Assembly (NCBI GenBank): GCA_963739455.1 | Contig: CAVUAK010000001.1 | Location: 1,728,001 to 1,792,000 of the forward strand | Reading direction: 5' to 3' | Length of the DNA stretch: 64,000 nt | Source: an uncultured Gemmatimonadales bacterium | GTDB taxonomy: Bacteria > Gemmatimonadota > Gemmatimonadetes > Gemmatimonadales > GWC2-71-9 | Shown: positions 22,641 to 32,598 of the stretch, piece after piece | How the letters are laid out: each line of letters begins with the position of its first letter | Position numbering within the stretch: the first letter of the stretch is position 1 | Program-made: the position numbers and the translations under genes | Notes under the pieces: generated by a model | Told to the model about the DNA's origin: nothing | What the model saw: only the letters and a program-made list of their open reading frames with translations | Databases searched by the model: none

Positions 22641-23402
22641 CTACTGCCCCAGTTGCTGAAGCGCGTTTCGCATCGGGGCGCTGGACACCTTGATCATGCC
22701 GTCCAGCGGCTGGTTCAGTTCGAGGACGAGGAAGATGGCCGCAGAGATCGCGGAGGCTCCGATGAGCAGGACCACGACGGCGGTCACGTTTCTCGGGGCG
22801 AACAGGCCGAAACTCACAAACAGCAGTATCAGCCAGAAGACCAGGATCAGCAGCAGCGGAACGGGCAGCTGGTTCTGCGCCTCCTCGATCAACAGCCATC
22901 GGGTTTCGCCCAGGTCGGCCGCGATCTGCTGGGCGTGCCCATACGCCTGGCGCTGGGCGTCGTTCTGCGGAGTCAGTTCGCGCAGCTTCTCCTGGATGAG
23001 CTCGATGCCATTGACGCGCTCGACCGCAGTCACGACCGACTCTTCAGCCTTGCTGGTCGGCCATACTCTTTCGATCGCCCCTGCAACCGTCCGCTTCAGT
23101 TCATCTCGCACGTCCTTCGTCTCCGGGCCGTAGCGGGCCAATTCCCGGTCCAGAAGGATGTACTTTGCGCTGACGTGCACGATGCCGGTGTTGATGGTGT
23201 CGAACGAACTCTTGGCGGAACTGACGAGGAGTCCGAGTACCAGCGCCGTCAGTGTTGCGATCGTCCCGGCGCTGAGCTTGACCAGGTCCTGCATCTCCTT
23301 GCTCAGGTGATGACCCGGCAGGCGCTGCTGCAAGGCCATGCCGAGAAGCCCGCCGGCGAAGATGCTGCCGGCGCTGATCAGGCCAATGGTCAGCGAGTGC
23401 AT
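22641..23402 (-). CDS. DUF4239-like membrane protein
   Basis: ATLTALVLGLLVSSAKSSFD, SAAIFLVLELNQPLDGMIKVS. Confidence 0.75.
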   Translation of the reverse strand: MHSLTIGLISAGSIFAGGLLGMALQQRLPGHHLSKEMQDLVKLSAGTIATLTALVLGLLVSSAKSSFDTINTGIVHVSAKYILLDRELARYGPETKDVRDELKRTVAGAIERVWPTSKAEESVVTAVERVNGIELIQEKLRELTPQNDAQRQAYGHAQQIAADLGETRWLLIEEAQNQLPVPLLLILVFWLILLFVSFGLFAPRNVTAVVVLLIGASAISAAIFLVLELNQPLDGMIKVSSAPMRNALQQLGQ

Positions 23403-23523
23403 GGTTTCAACTCCCTTGCGGATCCCCGGCGGCAGGAGCAACCAGGCGAGAATAACGTCCCACCCCCGCGGCGTGCCAGTAGCACGCTCCAAAAACTTGG
23501 AGTCGTGTGGCCCGAATTGTCTG

Positions 23524-23540
23524 TTGTACCTTGGTACAAT
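23524..23540. promoter_or_regulatory. Perfect palindrome TTGTACC-TT-GGTACAA overlapping an extended -10 (TGgTACAAT)
   Basis: Located in the divergent spacer between the DUF4239 and M28 genes. Confidence 0.5.
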
Positions 23541-23587
23541 ACGGGCACCTCATTCATCAAGCATTCCTCGCGATCGGCTACGACCTC

Positions 23588-25847
23588 ATGCTTCGTGCGC
23601 TTCTCTTCAGTGCCGTCCTCCTTTCAGCGGCGCCCGTTCGCCTGTCCGACGATCTCATCTGGGGGTTCACCCCCGAGGCTTCGCGAGTCCAGCGGGAGTG
23701 GGAGGCGCGATTCGCTGCGATGCCATCGGCCGACAGCGCCCGCAGCTACATGCGTCGCCTGAGCAGTCAGCCGCACCACCTCGGCTCGCCAGCGGGACGG
23801 GCCAATGCGGAGTGGATCCGCGACCAGTTCCGTGCATGGGGCTGGACCGCGGACATCGAGGTGTTCCATGTCCTGTTCCCGGTGCCGAAGCTCCGCCATC
23901 TCGAGCTGCTGGCACCGACTCGCTTCGTGGCGAAGCTCCAGGAGCCGGCGATTCCGGGCGATCCCACCACGTCACAGCGGGGGCAGCTCCCCACGTACAA
24001 CGCCTATTCGATCGACGGCGACGTGACGGCACCACTCGTCTACGTGAACTACGGCATCCCCGCCGACTACGAGCGACTCGACCGCCTGGGCATCTCGGTG
24101 AAGGGTGCCATTGTCATTGCGAAGTACGGAATGTCGTGGCGCGGCATCAAGCCGAAGGTGGCCGCGGAACACGGCGCGATCGGTTGCATTCTCTACTCCG
24201 ATCCGAACGACGACGGCTATCACGCGGGCGAGGAATATCCCAAGGGAGGGATGCGCCCCGCGGAGGGAGTGCAGCGCGGAAGCGTCATGGACATGCCGGT
24301 GCGCACCGGCGACCCGCTCACCCCGAACGTGGGTGCCACTGACAGTGCCACGCGGCTCGACCGGTCCCAGGCCGAGACGATCACCCGCATTCCGGTGCTG
24401 CCGATCTCCTGGAGCGATGCGCGGCCGCTCCTCATGGCGATCGGCGGTCGTGTGGCCCCATGCAGAGTGGCAGGGCGGGCTCCCCTTCACGTACCACGTT
24501 GGCCCCGGGCCGGCGCGCGTCCGGCTCGCCGTACAGTTCGACTGGCAGATCGTGCCCGCCTACGATGTCATTGCGCGCCTGCCCGGCGCCGTCGAGCCCG
24601 ATCTGTGGGTCGTGCGGGGCAATCACCACGATGCCTGGGTCAATGGCGCGGCTGATCCGGTGTCGGGGCTCGTGGCGGAACTCGAGGAAGCCCGTGCACT
24701 CGGTGCGCTGTATCGGGAGGGGTGGCGCCCGCGGCGGACGATTGTCTACGCCGCCTGGGATGGCGAGGAGCCGATCCTGCTCGGCTCAACGGAGTGGGCC
24801 GAGCAGCATGCCGATGAGCTCCGCACCAGGGCAGTGGCCTACTTGAACAGCGACGTGAACGATCGCGGCTTCCTCGACCTGAGCGGATCGCACGTGCTCG
24901 AGCGCCTGCTCAACCAGGTGGCCGTCGCCGTCGCCGATCCCGAGACGGGCCTGACGGTTCAGCGGCGCGTTCGACTCGCGCGCGATCAGCACGGCGGCCG
25001 CCGGCGACCGCGGCGACATCCGTGGCCGCTCCGACGTGCAGCTCGAGGCGCTCGGTTCGGGCTCCGATTTCACGCCCTTCCTCCAGCATCTCGGCATCCC
25101 GTCGGCAAACCTCGGGTTTGGCGGTGAGCAGCCGGGCAGTGGCGGCGTCTACCACTCCATCTACGACACTTTCACCTGGTACGGGCAGTTTGGCGATTCC
25201 AGCTTTGCCTATGGAAGGGCGCTGGCACTGGTGACGGGACTCTCCGTCATGCGCCTCGCATCGGCGGACGTCGTGCCCTACCAGTTCGGCGCACTTGCCG
25301 ATGCGGTGGACAAGTACACGGCCGAGGTGAAGCAGCTGCTGGCATCGAAGGGTGACGAGGCGCGGGAGCGCAACCGGCAGCTCGACGAAGGCGTGTTCCA
25401 GGCGGTTCGAGATCCGCGCGCGCCCGAGATGGCGCCTCCGCGCGATAGCGTTCCGCCCTTCCTCAACTTCGCGCCGCTCGACAACGCGCTCGCCTCGCTG
25501 CGCATCGCTGCGGGACGCTATGACTCCGTTGCCGCGGGGCGACTGATGCAGGGAACGTCCATCGCCAATGCTGAGCTCGCCGCGCTCAATGCGCAGCTGT
25601 TGCAGGTGGAGCGCGCACTGACCGAGCCCGCGGGGCTGCCCGGGACGGCCCTGGTACCAGCACACGCATCTATGCGCCGGGGCTTTACACCGGATATGGA
25701 GTGAAGACGCTGCCGGGCATTCGCGAGGCGATCGAACAGGGGCAGTGGACCACGGCGGAGGCGCAGATCGTGGTGGTCGCGGCGGCGGTGCAGCGCGCCG
25801 CGGACCGGATCGCGAGGGCGAGAGAAATGGTGGATCAGCTGCGCTGA
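23588..25847 (+). CDS. M28 family glutamate carboxypeptidase II-like peptidase (PA domain plus TfR dimerisation domain); frameshifts near 24460, 24985 and 25650-25680
   Basis: PHHLGS, VQRGSV, GNHHDAWVNGAADP, WDGEEPILLGSTEW, LGSGSDFTPF, YHSIYD, GYGVKTLPGIREAIEQ. Confidence 0.9.
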
Positions 25848-26489
25848 CTACTGCGCGGGCGCCGTCCTCACTGCGTAAATGGAGTCGAGGATCTGCCGGA
25901 ACACCGCCACTGGCTGCGCGCCCGGCAGGAGGCCACCCTCGATGTAGAAGCTCGGCGTGCTCGACGCGCCCGCCTGCGTCGCACCCCTCGCGTCGCTCGC
26001 CACCTCATCGAGGGTCGCTCGGTCGACGAGGCACTTCCGGAAGGCGTCGGGCGGGATCGAAGCCGAGTCGGCCAGCGTCAGGAAGAAGGCCCCCGGCTCC
26101 GTCAGCGGTGCCCAGGTCGGCTGGTTCCGGAACAGCAGGTCGTGTACTTCCCAGAACTTGCCGTTCTTCGCCGCGCACATCGCCACCTCGGCCGCCGCGG
26201 TGGCGTTCGGGTGGATCATCGACAGCGGGAAATTGATGAACACCCAGCGCACCTTGCCGGTGGAGATGTAGTCGCGATCGAGCTCAGGGAAGGTATTCAG
26301 CGCGAATCGCCGGCAGTACGGGCACTGGAAGTCCGACATTTCGTAGACGGTGATCGGTGCCGTGGCGACGCCACGAGTGCGCGGCACGAGTGAGGCGGCG
26401 GTCTCGGCAGCTGTCTGCGCCGCGAGGGGCGCCGCCATGAGGATGAGCGCGCCTGTCATGCAGCGGCGGAGACTTGAGGCAATCGACAT
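25848..26489 (-). CDS. DsbA family thiol-disulfide oxidoreductase
   Basis: SDFQCPYC, STPSFYIEG, GAQP. Confidence 0.9.
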   Translation of the reverse strand: MSIASSLRRCMTGALILMAAPLAAQTAAETAASLVPRTRGVATAPITVYEMSDFQCPYCRRFALNTFPELDRDYISTGKVRWVFINFPLSMIHPNATAAAEVAMCAAKNGKFWEVHDLLFRNQPTWAPLTEPGAFFLTLADSASIPPDAFRKCLVDRATLDEVASDARGATQAGASSTPSFYIEGGLLPGAQPVAVFRQILDSIYAVRTAPAQ

Positions 26490-26501
26490 GTGCGTTCCGG
26501 T

Positions 26502-27245
26502 TCAGTAACGGTTGCGTCGGCGGGCGTTCTCCGGCGACAACACCAGGCTGTCGCCCCGCACGGGGACATTCCAGTACCACTCGGCGTTCGGATCGAGCGC
26601 ATCCCACGAGCGCGCATAGATCCACCAGCGACCCTTCTTCAGCACGAGCGTGACGCTGCCATCGGCGCTGGTTGTGTCCGTCGCCGGGAGCAAGCCAGCG
26701 TTGCGCGACAGCTCCTGCGTGATCTTCTCGTAGTCTCCGTAGGTGCTATCTTCCCACGCCCGTAGCGCAAGGCGGGTGCTGTCGGACCTGGCGCCAAAGG
26801 CGGCTCGCGCGGTCTTGAGCGCAGCTTGCAGCGAATCACGCTTCCGGTCAGCGGCGGCGCGCTCGGTTCCGAGCGTCACGAACGAGCCGTACAGCTTGCG
26901 GTATTCGGGCGATTCGCGGGGCAGCGAATCGAGCACTGCCTTGATCTGGCCGAGCGAGTCCTGCAGCGTCGTCGACTTTTCGGCCGCCACGGCATACGCG
27001 GCGAAGGGTCGCTGGAACCGGGCGAAGAGGCTGTCCAGTGACGCTACATCGGGGCGCAGCGATGTTGCCCTTGCCGCCAGGGCCCCCATGAGGGAGTCGC
27101 GGTCATAGGGCAGAGCAACCAGTGCGACACCGGGTGCCGGCTCGAGCCGGCCATCGACCGCGGGAATGAGCGCTCGCACATGGACGCGAGTGGTGCTCTG
27201 GCAGGCCGCAAGGACGAGGAGGAGTATTGGGAGTGAGCGTGGCAC
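26502..27245 (-). CDS. Hypothetical lipoprotein (beta-sandwich with helical insert)
   Basis: Lipobox LAAC; LPYDRDS; GRWWIYAR...WYWNVPV. Confidence 0.7.
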   Translation of the reverse strand: MPRSLPILLLVLAACQSTTRVHVRALIPAVDGRLEPAPGVALVALPYDRDSLMGALAARATSLRPDVASLDSLFARFQRPFAAYAVAAEKSTTLQDSLGQIKAVLDSLPRESPEYRKLYGSFVTLGTERAAADRKRDSLQAALKTARAAFGARSDSTRLALRAWEDSTYGDYEKITQELSRNAGLLPATDTTSADGSVTLVLKKGRWWIYARSWDALDPNAEWYWNVPVRGDSLVLSPENARRRNRY

Positions 27246-27256
27246 GGCGCAAAGGT

Positions 27257-28069
27257 ATGCTCGCTGGACTGGTGCTTCAACTTGTACTCCTCGCGGCGCC
27301 GCTTGCGGCGCAGGAGGGGGTCGAGCAGCTGTTCCCGGCCCAGCCCACCGGGTACCTCACCGATGTCGCCGGCGTCGTGGATCCGGCAAGTGCTGCGCGC
27401 ATCGAAAGCATCGGTCGCACGCTGCGCGAGAAGACTGGCGCCGAGCTGGCGGTGGTCACCCTCCCCACGATTGGCCGGTTCGAGGCATCCGACGTTGCCC
27501 TGGTCGTCGGGCGTCGCTGGGGCGTTGGGGCGAAAGCCGAGGTCGGCGACAAGCTCCGGAATGCTGGCGTCGTCGTGCTCCTCGTGCCCAAGCGTGAGGG
27601 GCAATCCGGCAAGATCCGGCTCGAGGTGGGCGACGGGTTGCAGGGCGTCCTCACGGACGCCACGTCCGGGCGCATCCGCGACGCCATGCGTCCACAGCTC
27701 GCCGCTGGCGAGTATGGACCGGGCCTGCTCATCGGGGTCGAGGCCATCGCCGCGCTGGTGGCGCAGGACCTCGGCGTTCGGGACTCGACACTCGTCCCGG
27801 CTAGCCCGGTCTCCGCTGGTGCCGGTCCACCGATCTTCCTGGTCTTGCTCCTCGTCTTCGTCTTCCTGGCGATCATGATGGCTGTTGCCGGGTCGGCGAA
27901 GCGAGGCGGGACTCGGGGCCGCCGGCCACGGGTATATTGGGGCCCGGGCATCGGCGGTGGCGGTTGGGGCGGGGGCGGTGGCTTCGGGGGCGGGGGTGGT
28001 GGCGGCGGATTCGGTGGCTTCGGTGGTGGTGGCGGCTTCAGCGGTGGCGGGGCAGGAGGGAGTTTCTAG
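27257..28069 (+). CDS. TPM domain protein with TM helix and Gly-rich tail
   Basis: PTGYLTDVAGVVD, ELAVVT, RLEVGDGLQGVLTD, FGGFGGGGGFSGGGAGGSF. Confidence 0.9.
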   Translation: MLAGLVLQLVLLAAPLAAQEGVEQLFPAQPTGYLTDVAGVVDPASAARIESIGRTLREKTGAELAVVTLPTIGRFEASDVALVVGRRWGVGAKAEVGDKLRNAGVVVLLVPKREGQSGKIRLEVGDGLQGVLTDATSGRIRDAMRPQLAAGEYGPGLLIGVEAIAALVAQDLGVRDSTLVPASPVSAGAGPPIFLVLLLVFVFLAIMMAVAGSAKRGGTRGRRPRVYWGPGIGGGGWGGGGGFGGGGGGGGFGGFGGGGGFSGGGAGGSF

Positions 28070-28792
28070 ATGGCGGACTCGTGGGAAGCGATCGTTGCGT
28101 CACTGGTGAACGACCTCGACCAGTCGCTGGCCGGGCGCTACAGCGCGGTGCTGTACGGTTCCGCGGCGCGTGGTGACTGGGTGGCGGGCGTCTCTGATAT
28201 CAACCTGTTGCTCGTGCTTGACGATACGTCGCCGGCCGCGTTGCGAGGGTTGAGCAAGGCGTTCGCCGGGTGGCGGACGAGCGGCAATATCCCGCCGCTC
28301 GTGTTCAGCCGCGAGGAGTGGAGCGGTGCGTCCGACGCCTTCCCGATCGAGGTGACCGACATCCTGCACGCCTACAAGGTGGTCAAGGGTGCGGACCCGG
28401 TCGCCGGTATGCGCGTGGCCCCTGCCGACCTGCGCACGCTGCTGGAGCATGAATTTCTCGGCAAGCTCGTGCAGTTGCGGCGCGGCTACGTGGCGCTCGC
28501 CAGCGAGCGGGCCGCGCTGGCCCAGCTCGGCACAGCGAGTGTGTCAACCATCGTGCTCCTGCAGCGGGCGCTCCTGGCCCTGCTGGGACGACCGGTGCCA
28601 CAGGGCACGGAAGCAGTGGTGCAGGAAGCGTCGATCGCGGTGGGCGCACATCCTTCGGCCCAGCTCGAGTTCGTGCGGCATCGCGCAGACCAGAAGTGGA
28701 TGGCGACGCCGGAACAGTTCGAAGCGTACCTGGCGGCCGTCGAAACGGCCGCGCGATATGTGAATCACCTTCAGCTTGGAGCAGGGTCATGA
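28070..28792 (+). CDS. Nucleotidyltransferase-domain protein (Pol-beta superfamily)
   Basis: LYGSAARGDWVAGVSDINLLLVL; DAFPIE. Confidence 0.8.
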   Translation: MADSWEAIVASLVNDLDQSLAGRYSAVLYGSAARGDWVAGVSDINLLLVLDDTSPAALRGLSKAFAGWRTSGNIPPLVFSREEWSGASDAFPIEVTDILHAYKVVKGADPVAGMRVAPADLRTLLEHEFLGKLVQLRRGYVALASERAALAQLGTASVSTIVLLQRALLALLGRPVPQGTEAVVQEASIAVGAHPSAQLEFVRHRADQKWMATPEQFEAYLAAVETAARYVNHLQLGAGS

Positions 28793-29352
28793 AGCGTGTG
28801 CGTGTGCTGGGGGCGGCACTGCTTGTTGCATTTGCGACAACCGGGTGCGGCTACAACCAGATCCAGACCAAGGACGAGGCCGTCAACAAGGCCAAGGGCA
28901 ACATCGAGACCCAGCTGCAGCGCCGGGTCGACCTGATTCCGAACCTGGTCGAGACCGTGAAGGGCGCGGCCGCCCAGGAAACGACGGTCTTCAACGGCAT
29001 CGCCGCGTCCCGGGCCAAGCTCTCCGGCGCCATCCAGTCGGGTGACGTCAGCCAGATGGCTGAGGCCAACGCCGCGGTCCGGTCCGACCTCGGTCGCCTG
29101 CTCGCCATCGTCGAGAACTACCCGACGCTCAAGTCGAGCGACGCCTTCCGCCAGCTGCAGGACCAGCTGGAAGGCACCGAGAATCGCATCCAGGTGGCCC
29201 GGCAGGACTACAACGCCTCGGTGAACGACTACAACGCGTTCATCCGGCAGTTCCCCACCAACCTCACCGCGAAGATCTTCGGCCTGGACAAGCCACGCCC
29301 GTACTTCGAGGCTGAGGCCGGTGCCCAGGAAGCGCCCAAGGTGAAGTTCTAG
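28789..29352 (+). CDS. lemA: LemA family protein
   Basis: GCGYNQIQ, LQRRVDLIPNLVETVKG, ENYPTLKS, QLEGTENRIQVARQDYN. Confidence 0.93.
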   Translation: MKRVRVLGAALLVAFATTGCGYNQIQTKDEAVNKAKGNIETQLQRRVDLIPNLVETVKGAAAQETTVFNGIAASRAKLSGAIQSGDVSQMAEANAAVRSDLGRLLAIVENYPTLKSSDAFRQLQDQLEGTENRIQVARQDYNASVNDYNAFIRQFPTNLTAKIFGLDKPRPYFEAEAGAQEAPKVKF

Positions 29353-29354
29353 GC

Positions 29355-29889
29355 ATGCCGCGCATGCGCATCGGGTATGTTGTGGTGACGGCGATGCTCG
29401 CGGCCTGTGGCCGCGGCACTCCGTCGGCTGCTGCTGACACCACCGCCGCCGCCGCAGTGCCGGCTGCAGCACAGGCGATGCCAGCTCCGGCCGGTGAGCT
29501 CGCCTCCGGTCGCACCTTCAATTCGCTGCTCGGCGACTTCGAGTTCGCCGTTCCCGACGTCTGGGAGCAGCGCTATACCGCCACCGAGCGGGTCAGTGCT
29601 CCGGAGTATCCCGGCGCAAAGTCGGTCTCCGAGTTCATGTTCCTGCCGCATGTCGGGTGGGACGCCACCGGTGCTGCTCACGATCATCCAGTACCCTGAG
29701 GCGGGCTGGAAGACCGTGTCCGGTTCCGGTAAGGCGGTGGGGTCAGTGGTGGCCGAGGCAGGCGGACGCGTATTCGTGGCCCAGTTGCTGTCGTCCAATC
29801 CCTTCCCGGCCGGCAGCGAAGACGCAGTCGCGATTGCGCCGATGCTGTTGACGGCGGAACAGGTGCAGAAGGCGATGAGGGTGAAATAG
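29355..29889 (+). CDS. Hypothetical lipoprotein; frameshift near 29655
   Basis: Lipobox LAAC, Ala-rich linker; C-terminal half in ORF 29407. Confidence 0.6.
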
Positions 29890-29998
29890 GACGTGAAGAC
29901 GTGAAGACTTGAGGACGTGAAGTGAAAGCGAGAGGCCCCGGCGAATGCCGGGGCCTCATTGTTTTCTTCAAGCCCTCACGCCTTCAAGCCCTCAAGCC
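29889..29998. repeat. Inverted octamer arrays (RGRCKTGA x4 each side) enclosing a terminator hairpin
   Basis: GGACGTGA-AGACGTGA-AGACTTGA-GGACGTGA ... GAGGCCCCGGC-gaat-GCCGGGGCCTC (29932-29957) ... TCAAGCCC-TCACGCCT-TCAAGCCC-TCAAGCC. Confidence 0.85.
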
Positions 29999-30921
29999 TA
30001 GTCCACGATTGCCCGGTCGGACAGGATGTAGCGAAGGGGATCGACCGGCTGGCCGTTCACCAGCACCTCGTAGTGCAGGTGCGGACCGGTCGAGAGGCCG
30101 GTGTTGCCCACGAGGGCGATCTGCTGGCCCCGCGTCACCTTGGCGCCGGTACCGACGACCAGCTTGGAGCAGTGCGCGTACTTGGTACGGATGCCGAAGC
30201 CGTGGTCGATGATGATCACGTTGCCATAGCCGGTTTCGCGGCCGGAGAAGACCACGGTGCCGGACGCCGGTGCCTCGATGGGCGTGCCCATGGGGGTGGC
30301 GACGTCGATGCCCTCGTGCGGCCGGGACATGTGCAGGATCGGATGCTCGCGCATCGACGAGAACGCGCTCGTCAGCCAGCCCTGGGTCGGCATGATCGAT
30401 GGCGTGGCAGCCATGCGGTCGCGATGCGAGGCGAGGCTGTCGGCGGCCTCGCTGAACGATCGGGAGAGCAGGTCGGCCCGGCGTACCAGGGCGTTGATGT
30501 CCACCCGGACCTGGTCGGCATGCTCGGACAGTGGGTCGGCATCCACCCAGCTGGGGCGGGGAGCGGCTGGACCACCGATACCGGCCGAATGCACTTCCGG
30601 ATTGAGCGGCTCCAGGCCAGCGAGCACCCGGATTTGCGCATCGTGACGTGAAATCGTGTTGATCGTATCGGTCAGGGCGCCAAGGCGGGCATTGAGGCGA
30701 CCAAGTTCATCTGCGAGGTGGTTCCGGCGGGTCAGGAGCCCTTCATCGAACCCCGTCTGCGCCGAGCGATAGGCCAGTGCATAGCCTGTCAGGATCGCGA
30801 CGCCCAAAACCACCGCAAGCCCGATCGCGCCGAGGCGCAGCCAGGAGCTGGTGACTTCGAGAATTCGCGAGCGCTCCGTCCCATGCGGGATGAGCATGAC
30901 AGTCCAGCGACGCTTGGCCAT
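29998..30921 (-). CDS. M23 family metallopeptidase
   Basis: HEGIDVA, GYGN, TKYAHCS, STGPHLHYEV. Confidence 0.92.
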   Translation of the reverse strand: MAKRRWTVMLIPHGTERSRILEVTSSWLRLGAIGLAVVLGVAILTGYALAYRSAQTGFDEGLLTRRNHLADELGRLNARLGALTDTINTISRHDAQIRVLAGLEPLNPEVHSAGIGGPAAPRPSWVDADPLSEHADQVRVDINALVRRADLLSRSFSEAADSLASHRDRMAATPSIMPTQGWLTSAFSSMREHPILHMSRPHEGIDVATPMGTPIEAPASGTVVFSGRETGYGNVIIIDHGFGIRTKYAHCSKLVVGTGAKVTRGQQIALVGNTGLSTGPHLHYEVLVNGQPVDPLRYILSDRAIVD

Positions 30922-30989
30922 CGATCTCCAGAACAGGAGCGGGACGGAGGGGAACGACTCCCCTGAAGGGCAAGAAAAAGGCCGAGGGA

Positions 30990-31017
30990 AAGATAGCCCC
31001 CACCTAACCGATGTCAA
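30990..31017 (-). promoter_or_regulatory. Sigma70 promoter of the M23 gene
   Basis: TTGACA (31017-31012), 16-nt spacer, TATCTT (30995-30990). Confidence 0.65.
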
Positions 31018-31074
31018 GGAAAGCATTCAATAGCTATTGTGTTGTGCCGCAATAACTTACGCCGATTCAGGTGC

Positions 31075-32598
31075 TCACGTAGCAGATTGGGGCTTTGGAA
31101 AGAGCCCTTCGGGCTTTTTCACCACCCACCCGTCGACCGCAGGGGCCGTGGCTGTTTCCCACGCCATCGATTGCGCGGCCCCGGGAGCACCCAGGAGAGC
31201 CCACAATTCAGCGCTCTTTCCCGGCATGAACGGTGTTGAGAGTACGGCGAGTCGCGCGAGGCAGCGGGCCAGCGCGCCGAGTGCTGCATCGAGCGCCGCG
31301 GCGTCGCCGTTCTTCGCCAGAGTCCAGGGAGCGTTCTGCACAATGAAGACATTTGCAGCGCTGACGAGCTGGCCCATCAACTCCGCGGCACCGCTCAGGT
31401 CGAGCGCGTCCATGCGCTCCGCGTAGGCGCTGACAACTTCCGCGCCCACGGCGTCGAGGGAGGTCTCTGGAGCCGTTCCCGGTACCGCGCCCTCGCGGTA
31501 CTTGAGGATCATCGCGAGCGAACGCGACGCAAGGTTGCCCAGGCCATCAGCGAGTTCGGATGTGTACCGCTCCTCGAACCGCTCCCAACTGAAGTTGCCG
31601 TCGCTGTCCCAGGGGATCTCGCGCAGCAGGTAGTAGCGGAAGGCATCGGGCCCGAACCGGTCGATCGCCTCGTTCAGGTCGAGCTTCACGCCCGCGCTCT
31701 TGCTGAAGCGTTCGCCGCCCAGGTGCACGAATCCGTGCGCCCATACCTGCCCGGGCAGGGGAAGCCCTGCAGCCTCGAGCATCGCGGGCCAGATGACGCA
31801 GTGGAAGCGGGTGATGTCCTTGCCGACGACGTGCAGCTGCGCCGGCCACGTGGCACCGGAACCCGGGACGTGCGTGGCGGTCCAGTAGTTCGGCAGGGCG
31901 TCGAACCAGACGTACGTCGTCTGCTGCTGTCCGTCGCTGGTGGGGCGCGGAAAGGGCACGCCCCAGCCGAGTCGCGCCCGGCTGGCGGACACATCCTCGA
32001 GTCCCTGGTCGAGCAGTCCGAGGATCTCGTTCCTCCGGCTCACCGGCTGGATGAATTCCGGGTGCGCCGCAATGTGGCTGCGAAGGAAATCCTGGTACCG
32101 CGACAGGCGAAAGAACCAGTTCCGCTCCGACACCATCTCGAGCGTGCGCGTGGGGTGCAGCTCACACTTTCCGTCGATGATCTCCGCGGGCTGCTTGAAC
32201 GACTCGCACCCCACGCAGTACAGGCCCGAGTAGGATCGCTCGTAGAAATCGTCGGGATGCCGAGAGAAGATCTGCTCGATGAGCTGCTGCACGCCTGCCT
32301 GGTGCGCCGGTGACGTGGTGCGGATGAACTGGTTCCGGGAGATGGCGAGGCGGTCCCACGTGGCCTCGAAGCGGCCGGCGATGCGGTCCACGAACGCCTG
32401 CGGGGTGACGCCGGCATCGGCAGCGGCCTGGGCCACCTTCTGGCCATGCTCGTCCATGCCGATCAGGAACCAGACGTCATCTCCCCGGAGCCGGCGATAG
32501 CGGGCGATGCAGTCGGTCCCGACCTTCTCGAAGGCATGACCGAGGTGCGGGTCACCGTTGGCGTAGTCGATGGCGGTGGTGATGAAGAACGAAGTCAC
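31075..32598 (-). CDS. metG: Methionine--tRNA ligase (monomeric, no C-terminal tRNA-binding domain)
   Basis: PHLGH, DEHGQK, CVGCE knuckle, YVWFDAL, GKDITRFH, RFSKS, LFPK. Confidence 0.95.
   Translation of the reverse strand: MTSFFITTAIDYANGDPHLGHAFEKVGTDCIARYRRLRGDDVWFLIGMDEHGQKVAQAAADAGVTPQAFVDRIAGRFEATWDRLAISRNQFIRTTSPAHQAGVQQLIEQIFSRHPDDFYERSYSGLYCVGCESFKQPAEIIDGKCELHPTRTLEMVSERNWFFRLSRYQDFLRSHIAAHPEFIQPVSRRNEILGLLDQGLEDVSASRARLGWGVPFPRPTSDGQQQTTYVWFDALPNYWTATHVPGSGATWPAQLHVVGKDITRFHCVIWPAMLEAAGLPLPGQVWAHGFVHLGGERFSKSAGVKLDLNEAIDRFGPDAFRYYLLREIPWDSDGNFSWERFEERYTSELADGLGNLASRSLAMILKYREGAVPGTAPETSLDAVGAEVVSAYAERMDALDLSGAAELMGQLVSAANVFIVQNAPWTLAKNGDAAALDAALGALARCLARLAVLSTPFMPGKSAELWALLGAPGAAQSMAWETATAPAVDGWVVKKPEGLFPKPQSAT

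Noticed and set aside
31035..31061. Chromosomal dif site
   Set aside because: No XerD arm TTATGTTAAAT; the spacer geometry differs and similar motifs recur elsewhere.
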